In this document: piece after piece, positions 56,170-63,088 of the stretch
Layout: every line of letters starts with the position of its first letter
Position numbering within the stretch: position 1 is the first letter of the stretch
The notes under the pieces: generated by a model
What the model was told of the DNA's origin: nothing
The model's input: only the letters and a program-made list of their open reading frames with translations
The model's database searches: none
Virus record (IMG/VR): IMGVR_UViG_3300005512_005684
Coordinates: 39,003-103,002 of that record
DNA from: a virus
Taxonomy: Duplodnaviria; Heunggongvirae; Uroviricota; Caudoviricetes
DNA: 64,000 bases
Reading direction: 5' to 3' (one strand)
Program-made: the position numbers and the translations under genes

Positions 56170-57435
56170 ATGGGCATATTTCTTGCTCAGTCGCTCTACC
56201 GGATTTCGGAGCGGCTCGGGGAGCTTCCCAAGGTCTTCATTGAGACGGGGACGTGGAAGGGTCAAAGTATCCGCAATGTCCAAACAACGGGTATTTTCCA
56301 GGAGCTTCACACCATAGAGCTATCTGAGACGCTCTATAAGGCCGCACAAGAGCCTCTGACGGGTTTGGGGGTGCAATGTCACCTTGGGGACTCAAAGCGT
56401 CTCCTGAAGCGTCTGGGAAGCTCCTACGACCAACCGGTGTGCTTTTACCTGGACGCACACTTTTGTAAGGAAAAGAGCGGTGAGGGAGCTATTGGATTTC
56501 CGCTTTGGTCGGAAATGGATTACGTGCGTGGTCGAGGTCTGGCGGACGTGGTGATCATTGACGACACCCATACCTTTGGCAAGCGTCGGCCTGACTTGAA
56601 GGGGAAGCTGGAAGGTGGGAGTTGGGAGTCAGTGACAAAAGCGCGCATCCTGGATTTCTTCGAGGGAAGGGTAGTCGATTCCTTCGAGATACAGGACATG
56701 TTCGTGGTGAAGCTGAAACCCGGGCCGAAACTCGTGGAAATCTTGGTGCCGTGCTACAAGCGGATCGAATACACGGAGCGGTACGTTCCCCTTTTGATCG
56801 AACGGACAGATCATCCTGGTCGGAGGATTGTCTTGGTCGATGACGGGTCGTGTGACCAGACAGGGGAAAGACTGGAAGCCATTGCTCAGAGCCACGAGGG
56901 TGTGGTCGCGCGTGTGTATCCCGAGAACAAGGGTCTGCGTTTTCGAGTCCTGGAGTTCTGGCTTCAGTCTCCGGCTTCCATTCTGGCAAAGATGGACAAC
57001 GATTGCATCGTGCCGGAAGGCTGGCTGACGAAACTTGTCGAAATCTTAGACGAGTGCCCGGAACTCGGCATTGTCTCTCCGCTCATTAACGTGGCGTCAG
57101 TTCGTGGGCAAGAGTTATACGGAGAGACGATTGTGATCGGTCGGGACGTTGGTAAGCGGTACTGGGAAGCAGAGCGGATGGGTGGCTTGTGGTGCATGAA
57201 GCGACAAGTCATTGACTCGTTTCCGCTGGAGAAAAAGTCCACGGAGGCGACCCCGTACGTCAAAGGGGCTTGGGAACTTATGTGCGAGGTCAAAGCGGCG
57301 AGTGGTATGCAGACAGGGTGGTTGCCGGAGGTGGTGGTAGAGCACGTGGGTTGTGAGACGGAGAGACACCCAGAACGTGTCAATACGCCGGAGCACGACC
57401 AGTACGTTAAAGGGCGAATCGCGACGAACAGGTAA
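56170..57435 (+). CDS. methyltransferase-like domain fused to a GT2 glycosyltransferase
   Basis: FIETGTWKG, TIEL, GDS, FYLDAH; then ILVPCYKR, VLVDDGS, KMDND. Confidence 0.8.
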   Translation: MGIFLAQSLYRISERLGELPKVFIETGTWKGQSIRNVQTTGIFQELHTIELSETLYKAAQEPLTGLGVQCHLGDSKRLLKRLGSSYDQPVCFYLDAHFCKEKSGEGAIGFPLWSEMDYVRGRGLADVVIIDDTHTFGKRRPDLKGKLEGGSWESVTKARILDFFEGRVVDSFEIQDMFVVKLKPGPKLVEILVPCYKRIEYTERYVPLLIERTDHPGRRIVLVDDGSCDQTGERLEAIAQSHEGVVARVYPENKGLRFRVLEFWLQSPASILAKMDNDCIVPEGWLTKLVEILDECPELGIVSPLINVASVRGQELYGETIVIGRDVGKRYWEAERMGGLWCMKRQVIDSFPLEKKSTEATPYVKGAWELMCEVKAASGMQTGWLPEVVVEHVGCETERHPERVNTPEHDQYVKGRIATNR

Positions 57436-57441
57436 GTGTCC

Positions 57442-58143
57442 ATGAAGGTAGAGGTTTTGGTTCCGTGTTACAAGCGTGTCGAGTACACGCGCCGGTATCT
57501 TCCGCCGCTGATTGAGAACACGCGGTACCCGGACGTTCATTTTCGTTTGGTCGATGACGGTTCGCAGGATGGTACGGCCGAGTTTCTTCAATCACTCGCC
57601 GAACAACATGACAATGTGAAAGCGGATGCTTTTCAGGTCAACTTCGGCCTGCGTTGGCGCATCCTGGAGTTCTGGGACAGTTCCGATGCTCCTATTCTGG
57701 CGAAGATGGACAACGACTGTGAAGTGCCGGAAGGCTGGCTGACGAAACTTGTCGAGACCTTGGAAGCGTGTCCAGAGCTTGGTATCGTCTCACCGGTCAT
57801 TCATACAGTGTGGATTGATGGTGATACTCTCATGGCTCCGCAGGGGAAGATCGGATTCAACCGCGGGAGGAAGTATTGGGAAGCTCTGACTATCGGCGGC
57901 TTGTGGTGCATGAAGCGGTCGGTACTCGAATCTCCGAGCGACTTTGTGAAGGGGAAGGATGATGGTATTACTGGAGCCCACGAGCTAATCAAAGCCCTTC
58001 AGTCTCAGGGGGTCGTAATGGGTTGGCTTCCCGAGGTGGTCGTTCAGCATGTGGGGTATCACAAGGGGACGCACGGGGACTACATAGATTCTCCCGAACA
58101 TCGTGAGTACAACCGAAGACGTGGCGGTAGAAAGATGAAATAG
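57442..58143 (+). CDS. GT2 glycosyltransferase (paralog of the C-terminal half of 56170)
   Basis: VLVPCYKR, LVDDGS, KMDNDCEVPEGWLTKLVE, GGLWCMKR shared with the upstream gene. Confidence 0.85.
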   Translation: MKVEVLVPCYKRVEYTRRYLPPLIENTRYPDVHFRLVDDGSQDGTAEFLQSLAEQHDNVKADAFQVNFGLRWRILEFWDSSDAPILAKMDNDCEVPEGWLTKLVETLEACPELGIVSPVIHTVWIDGDTLMAPQGKIGFNRGRKYWEALTIGGLWCMKRSVLESPSDFVKGKDDGITGAHELIKALQSQGVVMGWLPEVVVQHVGYHKGTHGDYIDSPEHREYNRRRGGRKMK

Positions 58144-58491
58144 ATGCCCACGAAGATGTCCTACAGTGAGTTGGTCGAGGCTACTTCCACGGAGGACTTG
58201 TTGTCGCTATTGATCCATAGTCAGCTTACGGAGGTTCAAGACTTCCTTCGTGACCGATTGGACAACAACATGGAAGAGTGGAGTGTTGAACGAGACGGGA
58301 GTTGCATAGTTATGGTGTCCAGCGGTGGGGAGCGAGCCAGTGTGTCTTTCGAGGCGGCGTTCTATGTATGCTGGAAGAAATACGGGACGGCGGAGACCTT
58401 GGCGACGTTCTTTGCTGGAGTGATCAAAGCGCGGGTGATCAAGTTGGTCGAGGATGGTGTGGTGTTCATGGGTGTGGTCGGTCGCTCATAG
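58144..58491 (+). CDS. hypothetical protein
   Basis: ATG immediately after the GT2 stop. Confidence 0.5.
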   Translation: MPTKMSYSELVEATSTEDLLSLLIHSQLTEVQDFLRDRLDNNMEEWSVERDGSCIVMVSSGGERASVSFEAAFYVCWKKYGTAETLATFFAGVIKARVIKLVEDGVVFMGVVGRS

Positions 58492-58563
58492 GTTATGGTG
58501 GTGTGCTTCACGATGTTGCAAGGCGACCTTCGACGTGTGTCGTTGGCCGCTTTTTCATGGGCC

Positions 58564-58716
58564 GAATTATTCGCAAATAATTCGTTTGAAAGTCGCGAAA
58601 AATCGGTTTGACACCCGAGACAGGATAGTGATACTGAGCGACCGTCGATACGGGTTATCTAGCAGGGTAGGTATCAGAGAAAACTCGTTTGACAAACGAT
58701 GGATGATTGGTAGCTT
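58564..58716 (+). promoter_or_regulatory. operator-like palindrome plus two tandem sigma70-type promoters
   Basis: GAATTATT-cgca-AATAATTC (58564-58583); TTGACA (58608)-16 nt-GATACT; TTGACA (58689)-16 nt-TAGCTT preceded by TG. Confidence 0.55.
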
Positions 58717-58934
58717 TCGAGACAGTGAGGTTGGGCTTGTAAGCGACAAGGAAGACAATACATCTGGTTTCATTTGGGTCTCCCTTTGATGATTGAAAGG
58801 AGGTGATCAACGGTCCCAAAGTCTGTACGTTGCGGCCATCGGCTGCGTTAGGTTAGGTCTGCTTTTGCTATGATGCCGGTGTTGTATCCGGTTGGCAATG
58901 TTTGTTGTGTCTTTTGCTATGGGGGATAGGTTCA

Positions 58935-59669
58935 ATGCCTACGAAGTCAAGTACGAATGGGAACGGTGACGCTCTTGCTTTGGGGAGTGCAGTTCGGTAC
59001 GAAGTGACCGGTGTCTCGAAGTCGAGGATTCTCTATCATCGGCGAATGGATCCACCTGAAGAGGTGAAATGGGCAGAGAAGTGCAAAAAGGAGGGCAAGG
59101 ATCCGAAGAAAACGGATAACGTTGCCGCCTTTGTGTACCGCTGTCCTGAGACGGGTAACATTATCATTCCGGCCAAGTGGCTCAAGGGAGCCATGTGTCA
59201 GGCGGTCAAGGGTGAAAAGGTCGAGGGGAAGGGCAACCTCGGTTGGCCAGGCAAAGTGAAGCCGGGTATTGCTGTGACTCCTGAGTGTATCGAGTACACA
59301 CCGGGTAAGAAAAGCCGTGACGGTGTGTTCGGTGAATGGGTTACGGTGAACGGGAAGCAGGTCTGGAGAGATCGTCCGTTCGTTGCACCCGGCACCGAGT
59401 TCAAGTTCGTCGTAGAGGTCACGGAGACCGAAGACATATCCGAGGAAGTCCTCATGTGGATTCTGAAGCGTGCCAGCCTTTTCGGCATTGGCGATAACCG
59501 TCCTGGCAAGAGTGGTGGGAGCTTTGGCCGGATCAGGTTCACGTCTCTTGCTCGGATCGACGAAGAGGAAGAGGACGAGCTTGTCGTGGTTGACAAACGG
59601 AAAAAGAAAAACGGCAAGCGCAAGAAAAAGCGTAACGGGAAGGTTTCCACTGGTATCGCTGTGGGGTAA
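58935..59669 (+). CDS. Cas7-like RAMP protein 1
   Basis: IIIPAKWLKGAM (RAMP P-x-x-x-L-K-G), RDRPFV..GTEFKFVVEV, terminal G-loop FGIGDNRPGKSGGSFGR, then an acidic/basic tail. Confidence 0.75.
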   Translation: MPTKSSTNGNGDALALGSAVRYEVTGVSKSRILYHRRMDPPEEVKWAEKCKKEGKDPKKTDNVAAFVYRCPETGNIIIPAKWLKGAMCQAVKGEKVEGKGNLGWPGKVKPGIAVTPECIEYTPGKKSRDGVFGEWVTVNGKQVWRDRPFVAPGTEFKFVVEVTETEDISEEVLMWILKRASLFGIGDNRPGKSGGSFGRIRFTSLARIDEEEEDELVVVDKRKKKNGKRKKKRNGKVSTGIAVG

Positions 59670-59672
59670 ATC

Positions 59673-60227
59673 ATGGAACGCGACAATTACCTAAAGGCGA
59701 TTCTCGCGAGCACGAAACCCGTGTTCATGTCGCCCCGGACAGAGTTGTTGCCCCCTGACAGTAGTTCTGAAACGCTACGAAACGCTGCGAACGTAAGGCG
59801 CGTGGATGGTCAGGGGCGTCTGGGTCTTCCTGCGACTTGGCTGAAAAGGAGCTTGCGAGAGGCTTCCTCGAAGGTCAAGTTGTCTGGGACTCGGACGTGT
59901 CGATCCGCAGTTGATACAGGGGTGTTCGTCTTTCCAGACGAAGTGATCCCGTTCACCACGCACGAAGAGGAAACGTGTCTGCGTACGATGCGTATGCAAG
60001 GTATTGTGACCACGTGCGAGCGGTTGAAGGTGAAGTGGTGGGAACTTCCTCTCGTTTTGATGTATTCGCCGTCTATGATTACCCGAGAACAGTTGGAGGA
60101 AGTTCTCCGGGTGGCCGGTGAAGAAATCGGTGTCGGTACATACCGACCGCAGTTCGGTACGTTTGCGGTCAAAAAGTGCTTGAGAGTGAAGCAGAGTACT
60201 GCGGAGTCTCTCTTGGACGCCTATTGA
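59673..60227 (+). CDS. Cas7-like RAMP protein 2
   Basis: LGLPATWLKRSLREA, RLKVKWWELPLVLMY, G-loop AGEEIGVGTYRPQFGTF. Confidence 0.75.
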   Translation: MERDNYLKAILASTKPVFMSPRTELLPPDSSSETLRNAANVRRVDGQGRLGLPATWLKRSLREASSKVKLSGTRTCRSAVDTGVFVFPDEVIPFTTHEEETCLRTMRMQGIVTTCERLKVKWWELPLVLMYSPSMITREQLEEVLRVAGEEIGVGTYRPQFGTFAVKKCLRVKQSTAESLLDAY

Positions 60228-60480
60228 ATATCGTTGATTTTCGGTAGGTCAGGGTGTGTTTAGTTTCGGTATGTTGGTTTTCAGTTACGTTACGCTCCGT
60301 CATTTTACAATACCACTGCGTGTTGTCCCTGCTCCCTGGCGTTTGGGCCTTTTTTCGGTTCGATTCCGAATGGGAGCTTAGTGTTATGTTCCGTTTTGTC
60401 GTGGTTCGCTATGTTGGCTTGGGTTAAGGTTTAGTGTGTTCGGCTTTGTCGATTTACAACACCTTTGAGTGTTGTCCCCT

Positions 60481-60528
60481 ACTCCTGAGAGGTCTGGTCT
60501 TTCATTCGGTTCGACCCCGGACAGGAGT
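60481..60528 (+). ncRNA. representative tRNA-like element (acceptor stem, mini D-arm, T-arm; no anticodon arm)
   Basis: ACTCCTG-AGA GGTCTGG TCT-ttca-TTCGG TTCGACC CCGGA-CAGGAGT. Other copies start at 60331, 60721, 60857, 61005, 61432, 61582, 61729 and 61874. Confidence 0.7.
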
Positions 60529-61166
60529 GCTATCTGGTAAGGTCCGTTAAGTTTCGTTAAGGTATGATCAGTCATGTTGGGTTTTGACACTTTACAATAC
60601 CACTGCGTGTTGTCCCCTACTCCTGAGAGTATGGTGCGTTGGTGTAAGGTAAGGCGGGGTTGGTTGGGTTAAGTTAGCTTCAGGTGTGTCCTTTTACAAC
60701 ACCACTGCGTGTTGTCCCCTACTCCTGAGCGACGGGCTTTACTTGGTTCGACTCCGAGTGGGAGTGTGGTTTCGTTGCGTTTCGTTAAGTTATTCTACGT
60801 TATGTTGTGGTCCGTTCAGTTTCGTTCTCTTACAACACCACTGCGTGTTGTCCCCTACTCCTGAGAGGTCTGGTCTTTCGATCTGGTTCGATCCCGGACA
60901 GGAGTGTTAAGGTTAAGTTAGGTTCGGTCTAGTTCTAGTATGCTACGTTCTGTTTTGTTCTGTCAGGGTTCGTCTCTTTACAACACCACTGCGTGTTGTC
61001 CCCTACTCTTGAGCGACGGGTTTTCATTCGGTTCGATCCCGGACAGGGGTGTTGTCCGGTTGCGGTTAGTTTCGTTTAGGTGGGTTTTGTTGGTCTTTGT
61101 TCGGTTCCGTCACTTTACAACACCGTTGCGTGTTGTCCTTATTCCTGTGTTTTGATCGGAGTGAAA

Positions 61167-61424
61167 ATGGAGTCGATAGGAAGCGAACCGTTGTTTCAGA
61201 GGGCGAGAGCTAGAGCGTCTGAAGTGTTAAGTGTGGAGAGTGGGTTGGTAGTCTTGAGATTGAGAGTGTCGAGGATGGAAGGTAGTGGGAGGATTGATCA
61301 TTCTAGTTCGTTGAGACTGCAAGGGTGGCTTGTCGGTCTTATGGATTTGTTGAAGGAAGAAAAGCAGGCAAGTGTTGGTGCTATGCGACGTATAAAAAGT
61401 GTTGTCAGTGAGTTTGTTTGTTGA
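61167..61424 (+). CDS. small helical protein inside the array
   Basis: GGAG RBS; the only non-repetitive segment inside the array; 85 aa. Confidence 0.55.
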   Translation: MESIGSEPLFQRARARASEVLSVESGLVVLRLRVSRMEGSGRIDHSSSLRLQGWLVGLMDLLKEEKQASVGAMRRIKSVVSEFVC

Positions 61425-62000
61425 TTGTGTTACTCCTGAGAGGTCTGGTCTTTCGATCTGGTTCGATCCCGGACAGGAGTGTTGTCTGCCATGTTCCGTT
61501 AAGTTCCGTTCCGTTGCGTTGATGTGAGGTTTGTTGAGGTTCGTTCTGTCAATCTACAACACCTTTGAGTGTTGTCCCCTTACTCCTGAGCGACGGGTTT
61601 TTCTCGGTTCGACTCCGAGCGGGAGCTTAGAATTATGTTGGTGTCGGTTACGCTCTGTTCTGTTAGGTTCAGTTCAGTTACGTTCCGTTCGGTTGGGTCA
61701 ATCTACAACACCCTTGCGTGTTGTCCCTACTCTTGAGTGACGGGCTTTACCTGGTTCGACTCCGGGTGAGAGTGCTAGTGTTACGTTATGTTCCGTTTAG
61801 TTAGTTTCCGTTGAGCTTTTGGTTTGGTGCGTTGAGTTCGGTCGATTTACAACACCGTTGCGTGTTGTCCCTTACTCCTGAGAGGTCTGGTCTTTCATTC
61901 GGTTCGACCCCGGACAGGAGTTGAGTGTTGAGGTTAGTTATGTTCCGTTACGTTCCGTTCCGTCTCCGTTACGTTACGGTATGGTTCGTTACGTCAATCT

Positions 62001-62028
62001 ACAACACCGCTGCGTGTTGTCCCTTTTT
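62001..62028 (+). terminator. last array hairpin followed by CCCTTTTT (possible weak intrinsic terminator)
   Basis: 7-bp stem with a T5 run 3 nt downstream; no other hairpin copy has this run. Confidence 0.3.
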
Positions 62029-62041
62029 GGAGGTTTGTCGG

Positions 62042-62452
62042 ATGGAAGAAAGAAATCAGGATGTAGTCACTGCGGAAGCGAAGGCGATCAAAGCCTACGT
62101 CGATAAGACTTGGGGAAGGCATGTTAATACGGAACTCGAAGTACCGTTGCGAGACCTTTTCCCTAAGCCGGAAAAGAAACACCTGCATAGTATGTGGGAG
62201 AAAGGTGCAGCGGACGTAGTGGTAAGACGGAGGGACGGCAGCGTGTTGACAATCATTGAGCCAGGTGGTGGCCAGCATCTACGGCGAGAGCAGAACACGA
62301 GGGACAAAAAAAAGTTCGCCATTTGCTCTCAGAATGGCGTAGGGTGTCTTCAGATGTTGAACGGCGTCATGACTTCGTTACCGAAACGTCAGTGGCGGCG
62401 ATTCCTTGGAAGCTATATCTGGGGGAATGTCAAGGCGTCTGAGACCAACTGA
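62042..62452 (+). CDS. PD-(D/E)xK restriction-endonuclease-fold protein (DUF2726/Vsr-like)
   Basis: AADVVV...LTIIEPGGGQH...RDKKKFAICSQNGV; GGAGG RBS before ATG 62042. Confidence 0.6.
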   Translation: MEERNQDVVTAEAKAIKAYVDKTWGRHVNTELEVPLRDLFPKPEKKHLHSMWEKGAADVVVRRRDGSVLTIIEPGGGQHLRREQNTRDKKKFAICSQNGVGCLQMLNGVMTSLPKRQWRRFLGSYIWGNVKASETN

Positions 62453-62562
62453 CAGAGAATACTCTCTCCTAATCTTTTTCTACGACGGACACAGCAGCGG
62501 AGACGTTGCCGTGTCCGTCTTTCTATGTACTGATACCGGGAATTACTCGACGATAATTCTCC

Positions 62563-63087
62563 ATGAATGCTCGAATCGAAGCCATAGCAGTCCGGGTGGC
62601 CTACAACCCCGAGTTACATCGGAGTGAACTGCGTGAGCGGGTGAAAACCAAGCCCAAGCATGTTTACAGAGGGTTGGCCATTAAGCCAAGTAGTTCAGAT
62701 TGGGAGAGCATTAAGAGGTGGTCGCGGCCGCCAATGGAAGAGAGTGAAATCGGTCAACATTTCAATCTGGGGCCATTGGTCTTGGATTTTCTTGAAAAGA
62801 GACACGGTGGCCTGGGAGTTCATTGGTCGGTGAGAGAGAGCATGGCGAAGACGGCTGCGTATGTTCGTGGTCGTGAGCAGAACTCATTGCCCGTGGTATT
62901 AACGGTCGAGTTTGACGAGGGTACGGTGGACTGGGACGCGGATGATACCTCCGGTTTTACGACAGAGGGGGAGATACCGTTGAAACCCGGTGCCCGTGTT
63001 AAGGTTACGGATGTCTATTTGCCAGACCTTCCACTCAGTGAACGCGTGAAACACATACTACGTTCACCAAAAGTTGCGAGGGTGTAG
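62563..63087 (+). CDS. ADP-ribosyltransferase-like protein (R-S-E clade)
   Basis: VYRGL, GVHWS and TEGEIPLKPG in ART motif order; N-terminal IAVRVA. Confidence 0.6.
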   Translation: MNARIEAIAVRVAYNPELHRSELRERVKTKPKHVYRGLAIKPSSSDWESIKRWSRPPMEESEIGQHFNLGPLVLDFLEKRHGGLGVHWSVRESMAKTAAYVRGREQNSLPVVLTVEFDEGTVDWDADDTSGFTTEGEIPLKPGARVKVTDVYLPDLPLSERVKHILRSPKVARV

Positions 63088-63088
63088 T

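Larger units (their letters stand above)
60240..62028 (+). repeat. tripartite non-coding array: 11 GTT-NN pentamer tracts, 11 ACAACAC-N6-GTGTTGT hairpins, 9 complete and 1 truncated tRNA-like elements
   Basis: Hairpins start at 60307, 60456, 60594, 60696, 60832, 60980, 61117, 61556, 61705, 61849 and 62001. The usual period is 136-152 nt. Confidence 0.92.

Noticed and set aside
58796-58808. AAAGGAGGTGATC, a perfect match to the anti-Shine-Dalgarno region, suggesting an rRNA fragment or strong RBS
   Set aside because: No surrounding rRNA-like sequence and no start codon at a suitable distance.
58846-58925. Possible extra pentamer tract upstream of RAMP1 (gttag gttag gtct...gctat...gttgg)
   Set aside because: The register breaks repeatedly and there is no closing hairpin or tRNA-like element; at most a decayed unit.
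60331-61921. Functional tRNA genes
   Set aside because: The elements are only 45-49 nt and lack an anticodon arm and CCA, so they cannot decode.
60240-62028. Canonical CRISPR array
   Set aside because: The 'spacers' are periodic GTT-NN tracts rather than foreign-like sequence, the constant part is bipartite (hairpin plus tRNA-like element), and no cas1, cas2 or cas6 is visible.
60384-62106. Track ORFs over the array (60384-60590 minus, 60686-60910, 60940-61155, 61531-61740, 61921-62106, and the 5' extensions 61080 and 61925)
   Set aside because: These are low-complexity translations of the repeats with no RBS; stop-poor frames are expected from GTT-NN periodicity.
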